64,000 bases of DNA from the IMG/VR virus record IMGVR_UViG_3300029554_000010, positions 8,938 through 72,937 of that record; one strand, 5' to 3'. The translations under genes and the position numbers were made by a program. Position 1 is the stretch's first letter. Each line of letters starts with the position of its first letter. The notes below the pieces were generated by a model that was not told where the DNA came from, ran no database searches, and saw only the letters and a program-made list of their open reading frames with translations. This document shows, in pieces, positions 1-8,061 of this stretch. The DNA comes from a virus.

Positions 1-149
1 AGATAAAACCGACTGGTATTACATCAGAATTGCCGGAAAGTACTTTGGCTTTGCTTCCGCGAAATATATTTGCAAAGTGTGATAAATGTGATATAATAAG
101 TGTACCATAATTCAACTCCTCCCCAGAGTTTGAACAGGGACTCAAAAAA

Positions 150-197
150 GAGAGATGGTCTGTTTTTATTTCTTGACAGATCATCTCTCTTGTTTTA
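150..197 (-). terminator. hairpin AGAGAGATG...CATCTCTCT followed by a T-run on the minus strand, downstream of the response regulator gene
   Basis: 9-bp inverted repeat read directly; on the minus strand it is followed by TTTTTT. Confidence 0.4.
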
Positions 198-902
198 CTT
201 AATAATATATTCCAAATATTGATTTTTAATATCCGCATATCCATTCTTACGAATCAGTACTTTATCCCCGGAAAACATCGTAAAATCAGAATCCAGCTTT
301 TGCACATAATCCATGTTTACAACAAACGACTTATGGCAACGCAAAAAACGCTTATCAAGGTATGGTTCAACCGACTTTAAAGCTTCATACATATTGTGTA
401 TAATCCCGTTCGTGCAATGTACAAAGACCTGCTTATCCCGTGCCTCGAGGTACTCTATTTTATTCAATGGAATCCTTATGATGCAATCTCTGTGCCTGAT
501 TGTGAGCATCTTGTGTTTCATATCACTCAAGGTATTGTCAATCATAGAAAACATTCTTCCGTGTTCATTTCCCTTGATGATATAATGCGTAAACTCAACG
601 TCCAACGCATCAAAAACGAAATCCTTGTGAGCTGTCCAGAAAGCAATTTCGCCCTTATATCCACACTTTCGGAGTTCTTTGGCAATATCTACGCCATTTT
701 CGTTTTTAAGTACTACATCCAAAACAATCATATCAAACCATTTTCCATCCTTGACATCATCTATCAAGGGCTTTCCACTGAAATAACCGTCTATCGTATA
801 ATTCCGGTCACCGTTTTGCCTTAAAAACGGTTCGATTCGATGTTTAAAATACTCAACCTGTAGTTCACAATCGTCACAAATAGCGATTTTCATAGTAATC
901 AC
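195..902 (-). CDS. LytTR/AgrA-family response regulator (receiver domain plus LytTR DNA-binding domain)
   Basis: N-terminal receiver motifs (IAICDD, MIVLDV, KLRK) and a C-terminal LytTR-like region (RIPLNKIEYLEARDKQVFVHC...HKSFVVN). Confidence 0.8.
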   Translation of the reverse strand: MITMKIAICDDCELQVEYFKHRIEPFLRQNGDRNYTIDGYFSGKPLIDDVKDGKWFDMIVLDVVLKNENGVDIAKELRKCGYKGEIAFWTAHKDFVFDALDVEFTHYIIKGNEHGRMFSMIDNTLSDMKHKMLTIRHRDCIIRIPLNKIEYLEARDKQVFVHCTNGIIHNMYEALKSVEPYLDKRFLRCHKSFVVNMDYVQKLDSDFTMFSGDKVLIRKNGYADIKNQYLEYIIK

Positions 903-1105
903 CTTCCGTTTATCGCTTACACTTCAACTTTCATCAGATTATCCTCATCTAAGTAATTAATTATGGTAATATAGTAGCACCGAAACGAAAATGTGTAAAT
1001 AGTTCAGCGAAATTTCGAAAAAATTCGACATCTTAATACGTTGGTACAGCCTGCCAGATTGCTCTGGGGAGGAACGTGATCGTGAATGCAGGTTTTACCA
1101 TAAAA

Positions 1106-1133
1106 AGAGCCGGGGAGTAAAATCCTCGGCTCT
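1106..1133. terminator. stem-loop AGAGCCG...CGGCTCT, a probable intrinsic terminator for the minus-strand gene 1149-1976
   Basis: 7-bp inverted repeat flanked by A-run and T-run. Confidence 0.45.
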
Positions 1134-1148
1134 TTGCTTTACAATGAA

Positions 1149-1976
1149 TTATTTTTGATATGAAATTAAGTCTGTAGTATATTCGTTACCATATTCTGCT
1201 AATGGACGAATCGTTAATGCGAAATCTATGTTTGACACATCGGAAATTCCGTTTGCTGCAAGAAAATCATTTGTAGGAGTTAGGGTCACAAGAGTTTTAC
1301 AACCATCTAATAAATACTGATTGAATATTTCATAACTATCTGACATTGTAAAATCGTTATAAGTCTCAGAAGTTACATCGTATGCGAAATACTGTCCAGT
1401 AGTGTTTGTGATACAAAATGTGAAGCTGTTACCCTCTGAGGAAATGAAATCGACACTAATGCCGTTCTGGTTATACAAATTCTGTGCACCTCCAAATACA
1501 GGAGAGGAAACCACAGTAGTTCCAGTTACGTCAGCGTGAATCTGACCGCTGTCAAAAGCCTTGAAGCTCTTTGCATTGTCGTAAGCCCACAAGAGAACGT
1601 CGAAGCTATCTACTTCGTTCATCTGGTAGTCTTTGAAGAAATCTTTGTTTTCCCATGTATCTATCAGCTCCAAAGTAGAATTCGCTTTCTTTCCGGGTGC
1701 TACATCAGAGGAGTTTATGCCATACTGATCGCCGCCTGCCATAATACCGTTTATGGCATAAGCATAAGGAGCTATGCCTAAATTCAAATTAGAATTGTTT
1801 TCGATATACAGTCCTATAGTGCCTGTGGACGGGGAATCGGTTAATCCTTTTGTTTCAACATGAATGCCGTTCTCTTCGTATAACACAAAATCTTCCGCAA
1901 AAACATTGGATGGCATGGATACAAGTAAAATACTTGACAGCCCAATACTGGCTAAAAACTTTGCTTTCTTTCTCAT
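1149..1976 (-). CDS. secreted protein of unknown function (signal peptide)
   Basis: N-terminus MRKKAKFLASIGLSSILLVSMPSNVFA is a typical Sec signal; 275 aa ORF with an RBS-like AGGAGG upstream on the minus strand. Confidence 0.6.
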   Translation of the reverse strand: MRKKAKFLASIGLSSILLVSMPSNVFAEDFVLYEENGIHVETKGLTDSPSTGTIGLYIENNSNLNLGIAPYAYAINGIMAGGDQYGINSSDVAPGKKANSTLELIDTWENKDFFKDYQMNEVDSFDVLLWAYDNAKSFKAFDSGQIHADVTGTTVVSSPVFGGAQNLYNQNGISVDFISSEGNSFTFCITNTTGQYFAYDVTSETYNDFTMSDSYEIFNQYLLDGCKTLVTLTPTNDFLAANGISDVSNIDFALTIRPLAEYGNEYTTDLISYQK

Positions 1977-2162
1977 AAAAAATTCCTCCTTAGTAAAATT
2001 TGCATATATTATACCGCAAGATTCAACAATATCATAGTCAAAACCGAAATATTTTTCACATTTTTATCCATTCAAAATGCAGTTTTATCGTTTTGCCCGA
2101 TTAATTTGCACAAAAAGTGGTATAACTAAATACATAAATTATAGACTAAAGAGGTATATATT

Positions 2163-2504
2163 ATGAGGAAGATTGAGAAATTGCTGATCGCAGCAGGAGT
2201 AATTCTCTTTGCCAACTACATAATCCACTTGCCAATGTGCGTGAAAGACTATGCCAATAAGGATTTTGGTATATACTCAACCCAAACTATGCACAAGCAT
2301 TCAACGCTTACTATGAGCACGGTTTTGAAACCGGCGTCTAAATCTACGCTCAAATTCTACATTTCACCGCACAAATCAGATTTTATCTTTGACTACACAA
2401 ATAATTTCTATGCGATCATAAATATTCCAGTCTATCTCTGGCAGTTTGCAAGGGCGAATATTAATCCATGTGTCCTGTTTTCATTGGACTTACGGAAAAT
2501 ATGA
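2163..2504 (+). CDS. hypothetical small membrane protein
   Basis: RBS AGAGG 8 nt upstream; hydrophobic N-terminal segment. Confidence 0.4.
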   Translation: MRKIEKLLIAAGVILFANYIIHLPMCVKDYANKDFGIYSTQTMHKHSTLTMSTVLKPASKSTLKFYISPHKSDFIFDYTNNFYAIINIPVYLWQFARANINPCVLFSLDLRKI

Positions 2505-2696
2505 TAAAGATAAATGTTCGAATGCATATTTTTCACTGTCCAGACATATACTGTAGTAAAGTTTCAATTGGGAGGGTTATTTATGGATTATAAGAAAGAG
2601 ATTATTGAATTATTAGATAAGGTAAAATTAGAAAGTACTTTAAAAAGAGTATACAAGTTGCTGGTATACTTATATTTAAGAGAAGAGTAGCCTAAA

Positions 2697-2729
2697 ATGC
2701 CGCATCTACAGTTAAAGCAGATGCGGCAT
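2697..2729. terminator. bidirectional intrinsic terminator (ATGCCGCATCT-loop-AGATGCGGCAT) between convergent genes
   Basis: perfect 11-bp inverted repeat read directly. Confidence 0.55.
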
Positions 2730-2734
2730 AATAA

Positions 2735-3427
2735 TTATTCTGTTTTTAAATCATCTGGCGATGCGGAGAAATAATATTCGAATTCGGAACTGTCATAATC
2801 GCTGCCTAACATTGAATTTATTTTGTCCGCAATAGATGTTCCTAATTCCTCTCCGAATTCAGCGTCTTCAACTTTTGTTCTTTTATATTCTGTAAAAATG
2901 TTTCCCCAGTCGTCTTGTGTGCCTGCATAGTAAATCTGGATGAGATCGCCGTCTTCTTTAGGATTTAAGTAAGATAAGGTTTTATCTGTTACGTTTATCA
3001 TACTTTTAGGAAAAAATACTTTTTGAACATCACAGGAATTAAAAGCAGCATCATATATTTCAGTAATTCCTTCTTGAAAAATAACTGATTCAACATGAGA
3101 ACTTCCAATTCCGATCTGGAAATCTGATAAATCTGTTGCGTAGTCTGTTCCGTCAATATTGTATGATGGAAGAATTTCTAAAATTTTGCACTTGCCATCA
3201 TAACCGTGCAATTTCACAGAGTTTCCCTCTATATCATAATCAAAATCACCGATTACACCGTACTTTTCAGAATCATCCTTTTGAACTACAACGCCAGTCA
3301 CGCCACCTGCATAAGTTGGAGTAGAAACTCCTAAAATTGCAAAAGTACAAAATGCAATTAATAGCTTTTTCTTCATAGACATTTCCTCCTTGGTATTAGT
3401 TGATTTTATTATATCACTATAAATCAA
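2735..3427 (-). CDS. secreted or lipoprotein-like protein of unknown function
   Basis: N-terminus MKKKLLIAFCTFAILGVSTPTYAGG looks like a signal peptide; acidic C-terminus. Confidence 0.6.
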   Translation of the reverse strand: MIYSDIIKSTNTKEEMSMKKKLLIAFCTFAILGVSTPTYAGGVTGVVVQKDDSEKYGVIGDFDYDIEGNSVKLHGYDGKCKILEILPSYNIDGTDYATDLSDFQIGIGSSHVESVIFQEGITEIYDAAFNSCDVQKVFFPKSMINVTDKTLSYLNPKEDGDLIQIYYAGTQDDWGNIFTEYKRTKVEDAEFGEELGTSIADKINSMLGSDYDSSEFEYYFSASPDDLKTE

Positions 3428-3484
3428 AACAACAAAGCAGAATATAAAAAAGACCAGAGTTTTTTATTCTCTGGCCTTTCTTTT

Positions 3485-3847
3485 TTAATTGTTTTCCAAT
3501 TCTGTTAGGATTTCTTGGAGTTGCTTCCAATGTTCATCACTGAGCTTTGCGAACTTTACAAGAATTTTCTTAGCAAAGTCATTATCCCCGGTCATTACCG
3601 AATCAACGATAGCCTGCGCATCACTATCGTCGCTTTGGAACATATCTCCGATTCCGTTTACGAGCCAGTCATAATTGACTTTGTAGCTGGCACATATTAG
3701 TTTGATGTTCTTTTCGGATAGATCACGTTGACCGTTTTCAATCATGGACAATGCCGCTTGTTTAATTGCGAGTGTCTCTGCGAAGTCTTTCTGATTCTTT
3801 CCTAATTGTTTACGAAGAATCGAAACTCTTTCATTTATTGTTTCCAA
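3485..3847 (-). CDS. XRE-family HTH transcriptional repressor (phage CI-like)
   Basis: HTH segment QKDFAETLAIKQAALSMIENGQR; transcribed divergently from the early genes across an operator-containing intergenic region. Confidence 0.8.
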   Translation of the reverse strand: METINERVSILRKQLGKNQKDFAETLAIKQAALSMIENGQRDLSEKNIKLICASYKVNYDWLVNGIGDMFQSDDSDAQAIVDSVMTGDNDFAKKILVKFAKLSDEHWKQLQEILTELENN

Positions 3848-3874
3848 TGCTTGTCCCTCCTTTCAATATTATAA

Positions 3875-3965
3875 TATCACTAGAGTGATAAAAAGTCAAC
3901 AAAAATGTAATATCATGCTTGACAAAATATTACTCTAGTGATATATTATAATCACACAAGTGATA
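3875..3965. promoter_or_regulatory. immunity-region operators: three 16-bp palindromes (TATCAC-N4-GTGATA type) overlapping a TTGACA-17-TATATT promoter
   Basis: O1 3875-3890 TATCACTAGAGTGATA, O2 3928-3943 TATTACTCTAGTGATA, O3 3950-3965 AATCACACAAGTGATA; -35 TTGACA at 3919-3924, -10 TATATT at 3942-3947. Confidence 0.55.
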
Positions 3966-3983
3966 CAGAAAGGAGTGAGAGGA

Positions 3984-4145
3984 ATGACAGGTGATAGACG
4001 AGAAGCGTTTAGAAAAATGGTAGAACGTTTTAATAATCTGCCAGAGAAAAAGCAAGATCAAATGCTCTGGTATGGAAAAGCAATCATTGATATAGAGGAA
4101 AGCGAATCCAGTAAAAAAGAACCTGCAACAGTAAAAAGTGATTAA
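3984..4145 (+). CDS. small early protein, Cro-like by position
   Basis: first gene transcribed rightward from the operator region; RBS AAAGGAG; small basic protein. Confidence 0.4.
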   Translation: MTGDRREAFRKMVERFNNLPEKKQDQMLWYGKAIIDIEESESSKKEPATVKSD

Positions 4146-4152
4146 GAAAGGA

Positions 4153-4971
4153 GTGATAAGCACGAACCAGTTAGTACATATTGGAAATTCAGACATTTCC
4201 ATAAAAGAGTATAACGGTCAGCGAGTTGTAACGTTCAAAGATATTGACATGGTACACGGTAGACCAGACGGAACAGCAAGCAGAAATTTTAGAACCAACA
4301 GAGAGCGTTTCATAGAGGGTGAAGATTTCTTCCGAGTAAGCGCCGACGAAATTCGTCGCACCAAAATTTTTGACATTCCAGACAAGGCAACTTCTGATTA
4401 CGCCCTTATGACAGAACAAGGATATCTGATGTTAGTAAAGTCTTTTACAGACAATTTAGCATGGGATGTTCAGAGACAGCTTGTGAATGGATATTTCAAA
4501 ACCAGAGAAAAAGTAAAAAGGGCATTATCACCAGAACTTCAAATGTTGCAGGGACTACTTTCACAAATGGTAGAGAAAGAACTTGCTGATAAAGAAAGAG
4601 ACCGGCAGATTTTGCTTGCCAAAGAAACAGCAGATAAAGCTGTTGCGACTACAGAGAATATCAAAGAAGCAGTTAAACCGGTGTTCGATAACTGGCGTTC
4701 AGAAATCAATTTGAAATTCAATCGCATACAAAAATGTGCAGGAGCAGAGTTCAGAATGCTGAGAACAGAAATGTATCAAGAATTGGAACGCAGAGCAGGA
4801 TGTGATTTGAGTACTAGGCTGAGGAACAAACGCAACCGTATGCAAGAAAAAGGGTGTACGAAGACAACGATTAATGCACTCAATAAAATGGATATCATTG
4901 ACGATGATAAAAAGTTGCGTGAGATTTTCTCAAAGATCGTAACTGAATACGAAATTAAATATTGTGCGTAG
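4153..4971 (+). CDS. phage antirepressor, ORF6N / KilA-C type
   Basis: N-terminal region TNQLVHIGNSDISIKEYNGQRVVTFKDIDMVHGRPDG...NFRTNRERFIEGEDFF resembles the ORF6N domain; GTG start after an RBS (an alternative start is 4138). Confidence 0.65.
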   Translation: MISTNQLVHIGNSDISIKEYNGQRVVTFKDIDMVHGRPDGTASRNFRTNRERFIEGEDFFRVSADEIRRTKIFDIPDKATSDYALMTEQGYLMLVKSFTDNLAWDVQRQLVNGYFKTREKVKRALSPELQMLQGLLSQMVEKELADKERDRQILLAKETADKAVATTENIKEAVKPVFDNWRSEINLKFNRIQKCAGAEFRMLRTEMYQELERRAGCDLSTRLRNKRNRMQEKGCTKTTINALNKMDIIDDDKKLREIFSKIVTEYEIKYCA

Positions 4972-5150
4972 AAAGGAAGTGAACAATATGTCAGATTTTG
5001 ACAAAGGCTACATCCTTGGAAAAGTAGAAAGCCTTTCTTCTGATAAGAAAGAAAGTTCTTAACTGGAAAGGAGGAAATTAAATGGATTTGTACGATGTAG
5101 CACTTTTGTTTTCGATTGCAGCAATTATTCTAAATATAATTACTTTTTTC

Positions 5151-5708
5151 CTAAATCGAAAGTAAGTCCTTGCTTTCTTTCGGTACTTGAAGTACACAGA
5201 TTTTATTTCTTTTGTTTGTAATGATTTTTAACGTAATAAAATCGTTACTTAATTTAACATTGGCAGGAATATCAAACAGGACAATTTCAAATATCCCTTG
5301 CGATGGTTGTAAAGAGATTGGAAAATCTGCACTAAATATTCTTTCGGTGATAGGAATATCTGTTTCATTGTACTTCGGGTGATAACGTTCAGCAACCCAT
5401 CTGTGAGTTAGAACACATGGATATGAAGTACGGCAATGACCTAAAAGCAAAGAAATTCTGGTAATGATTATGGCTGAAGATGAATTGTTCTGAAGAATTA
5501 AACCTAGTTTGATAGACTGTTCGTTTTCCACATTTAAAGTGCACAGTGTTTCCAATGAAACAGAAATATTTGTTCGTTTGCTCCAAAGCGAATGGATGAA
5601 TTGAAATAGAGAAAGAACAAATCCTGCGATTGCAATAACGGTTGTAAGCAAAGACTTATTTTCTGCAACAAATTTAACAATGGTGCTCAACATAATTAAA
5701 ACCTCCAT
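5151..5708 (-). CDS. membrane-anchored protein of unknown function (N-terminal TM helix)
   Basis: N-terminal hydrophobic stretch TVIAIAGFVLSLFQFIHSLW; lone reverse-strand gene inside the early region. Confidence 0.55.
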   Translation of the reverse strand: MEVLIMLSTIVKFVAENKSLLTTVIAIAGFVLSLFQFIHSLWSKRTNISVSLETLCTLNVENEQSIKLGLILQNNSSSAIIITRISLLLGHCRTSYPCVLTHRWVAERYHPKYNETDIPITERIFSADFPISLQPSQGIFEIVLFDIPANVKLSNDFITLKIITNKRNKICVLQVPKESKDLLSI

Positions 5709-5743
5709 TTTTTTAATTAGAGTATACCACAGAAAGGAATGAT

Positions 5744-5944
5744 ATGGTGGAAGAAACTAATGCATTACTCAAGCAGATTTTGGAAGAACTTAAAGCCATT
5801 CGAGAAGAAGTTGCACCTACGAGAACGAAAAAAGTAACGCACACGGCAAATATTGACGGGAAGACAATTACCGAATGCGTTACCGATGGAATTCAAAACG
5901 CTTTATACGGGAAACGAGCGTTTAATCCGAAAGATTCTGAATAG
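5744..5944 (+). CDS. hypothetical small protein
   Basis: preceded by the repeated motif TATACCACAGAAAGGAA, which contains an RBS. Confidence 0.35.
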   Translation: MVEETNALLKQILEELKAIREEVAPTRTKKVTHTANIDGKTITECVTDGIQNALYGKRAFNPKDSE

Positions 5945-6098
5945 CAAAATCATATGCACGTTTTAAATATTGAATTTCGTCATTTGACATAGAAGTATTT
6001 CCAGCCAATGGAGCTTCTCTTCTGTCAAGAACGTATTCATTTAATTTAGACTTTGCATAAGTAATTGCTAAATCATGAACTATTTGTTCTTTATCCAT
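5922..6098 (-). CDS. hypothetical small protein (start MDKEQIVH)
   Basis: minus-strand RBS GGGAGGTG before the ATG; convergent with 5744-5944. Confidence 0.35.
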   Translation of the reverse strand: MDKEQIVHDLAITYAKSKLNEYVLDRREAPLAGNTSMSNDEIQYLKRAYDFAIQNLSD

Positions 6099-6147
6099 AA
6101 TACACACCTCCCTTCGAGGGAGATTATACCACAGAAAGGAAGTCAGT

Positions 6148-6297
6148 ATGAAAAAAGAAGAAATAAATGAGTTTATGAATATGACATTACAGGAGAAAAA
6201 AGACAAAATTATTGAAATAATTCGCGAGATTCCAGAAGATTCTCCGATTCACAAGGAACTGTACGAAACACTGAAAAGAGAAATGGAGGGAAAATAG
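6148..6297 (+). CDS. hypothetical small protein
   Basis: second copy of TATACCACAGAAAGGAAG immediately upstream; 49 aa. Confidence 0.35.
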   Translation: MKKEEINEFMNMTLQEKKDKIIEIIREIPEDSPIHKELYETLKREMEGK

Positions 6298-6298
6298 A

Positions 6299-6580
6299 AT
6301 GATCAAATGTGAAGGCGGGAAAGTTGAATTAGAAGAAGATGCAAATAAGTTGCTTTCTGAATTAACCGCGATATGCAGGGGACTAAGAGTTTTCCTTGTG
6401 AAAGAAGGATATTCCAAGGAAAAAGCCGATGAACTTGTTTCTGAATCAGCTCAGATGGGGTTGTGGACAGACGAAAAAATACAAGAAGAACTTGACAGAT
6501 TAAGGACAGAAACGCTTAGAACGTTTGCGGAATTAATACTGGGGAGAAAGATTTTTGAAGGAGGAAAAGAGAATGATTAA
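6299..6580 (+). CDS. hypothetical protein, paralog A (MIKCEGGKVELEE...)
   Basis: shares an N-terminal MIKC start and a ...EEL motif (LWTDEKIQEELDRL in this ORF vs FWTEEELTKENNKL in 6555-6965) with the next ORF. Confidence 0.5.
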   Translation: MIKCEGGKVELEEDANKLLSELTAICRGLRVFLVKEGYSKEKADELVSESAQMGLWTDEKIQEELDRLRTETLRTFAELILGRKIFEGGKEND

Positions 6581-6965
6581 ATGCAATAAAAAAGGAGAAA
6601 TTACTTTTAAAGGAAATGTCCCGGATATTATGACTGATTTATCCATGATTGCAAGAACAACGCGAGAATTCTTCATGGAAAGAGGAATGTCAAAAGATGA
6701 AGCCGAAGAAGGAATTAAACATGCGGTAGAACTTGGATTCTGGACAGAAGAAGAGCTTACTAAAGAAAATAATAAATTGGTCAAGGAACTTATGAACTAC
6801 GAACTAGAAACTCTCGAAGAGAAATTTGATTTTCTGGCAGGGAGACTTACAGCTCTGGAAGCGGTTTTAAATGCTGACGATAGCACATTCATTGATAAAA
6901 AGTATGTAGCTGCGATCATGGGGATTAAATATTTCGAAGGGGATTCCGATAAGAAAGAAGAGTGA
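6555..6965 (+). CDS. hypothetical protein, paralog B (MIKCNKKGEITFK...)
   Basis: tandem paralog of 6299-6580; extra C-terminal coiled-coil segment. Confidence 0.5.
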   Translation: MKEEKRMIKCNKKGEITFKGNVPDIMTDLSMIARTTREFFMERGMSKDEAEEGIKHAVELGFWTEEELTKENNKLVKELMNYELETLEEKFDFLAGRLTALEAVLNADDSTFIDKKYVAAIMGIKYFEGDSDKKEE

Positions 6966-7029
6966 AACGCCCCGGAGGTGACGCAACACCTACCGGAGCA
7001 CGTATCTAACTTAATTAGGGTAAGTTAAA

Positions 7030-7068
7030 TACAGGATAAGTATAGCACACCTTCCTGTATTTGAAAAG
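7030..7068 (+). terminator. hairpin AATACAGGA...TCCTGTATT followed by T-rich sequence
   Basis: inverted repeat read directly, after the stop of 6555-6965. Confidence 0.4.
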
Positions 7069-7095
7069 AAAATTTATACCAGGAGGGCATTTTTT

Positions 7096-7257
7096 ATGTC
7101 TAAAATCACAAAACACACCGAAAACGTAACTAAAAACCAGAGTCTTGCAAGCGAAATCATCGCAGATCAGGTGGCAAAAACAAAACGTCTGGAAGTCGCA
7201 GTTGTAGCACTATCAGTAGCTTTGCTTGCAACAGCAACAACAAAAAGAAAGAAGTGA
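7096..7257 (+). CDS. small protein with a C-terminal TM helix
   Basis: 53 aa; RBS AGGAGGG; hydrophobic C-terminus. Confidence 0.35.
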   Translation: MSKITKHTENVTKNQSLASEIIADQVAKTKRLEVAVVALSVALLATATTKRKK

Positions 7258-7451
7258 GGGATATGAGAAAAAGAATGTATTTTATCGGAGTGATGGCACA
7301 GGTTGGAACATTTGCCACGATTGCATTATTGCTCTGGTGGATGACGAAAATGGATGTACTTAAGCTGTTCTGCATAAGTGCAATGGTATCTTCAATGGTA
7401 TCCCTTCCTATTTTAATGCAGATAGAAAGGTGGGTAAACGGAGTTGAATAA
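7254..7451 (+). CDS. small membrane protein
   Basis: two hydrophobic segments in 65 aa; overlapping start and stop with its neighbours. Confidence 0.4.
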   Translation: MRDMRKRMYFIGVMAQVGTFATIALLLWWMTKMDVLKLFCISAMVSSMVSLPILMQIERWVNGVE

Positions 7452-8061
7452 ACTTTTAGAAAACAATCAGGTAACACTGGTTGGAGAAATTAAAACAGAA
7501 TTTGAATTTAGCCATGAAGTATATGGTGAAAAATTTTACCGATTCGAACTTAGCGTAGAACGATTTAGTGGAACGAAAGATGTTCTTCCGGTTGTAGTTT
7601 CTGAGAGACTCATTGATGTGAATCAGAACTATACAGGAGAAATGATGGAAATTCAAGGGCAGTTTAGATCGTTCAATAAGCACGAAGAAAATCACAGTAG
7701 ATTGCTTCTTTTTGTGTTCGCAAGAGAAGCAAAATTCATGGACAAAGACGCACTTCCAGTTAATCAGATTCTTCTGGATGGTTTTACTTGCAAGAAACCA
7801 GTATACAGAACAACACCTAATGGAAGAGAGATTGCAGATGTACTTCTGGCGGTAAATAGATCATACGGCATATCTGATTACATACCATGCATCTGCTGGG
7901 GCAGAAATGCAAGATACATGGGAACCTGCGGAACTGGCACACATATTATTTTACAGGGAAGAATCCAGAGCAGAGAGTACAACAAAAAAGTCGGAAATCA
8001 GGTCGAGAAGAAAACAGCCTATGAAGTGTCGGCTTATTGGGTGGAGGATAAGGAAGAATGA
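7444..8061 (+). CDS. divergent SSB-like OB-fold protein (two OB-like halves)
   Basis: N-terminus NQVTLVGEI and ...HIILQGRIQSREYNKKVGNQV...TAYEV resemble SSB-type OB folds; only weak similarity. Confidence 0.4.
   Translation: MNKLLENNQVTLVGEIKTEFEFSHEVYGEKFYRFELSVERFSGTKDVLPVVVSERLIDVNQNYTGEMMEIQGQFRSFNKHEENHSRLLLFVFAREAKFMDKDALPVNQILLDGFTCKKPVYRTTPNGREIADVLLAVNRSYGISDYIPCICWGRNARYMGTCGTGTHIILQGRIQSREYNKKVGNQVEKKTAYEVSAYWVEDKEE

Noticed and set aside
2583-2690. 36-aa ORF (MDYKKEIIELLDKVKLESTLKRVYKLLVYLYLREE) before the bidirectional terminator
   Set aside because: Below the size I can support without homology, and no clear RBS; noted only as a possible small peptide gene.
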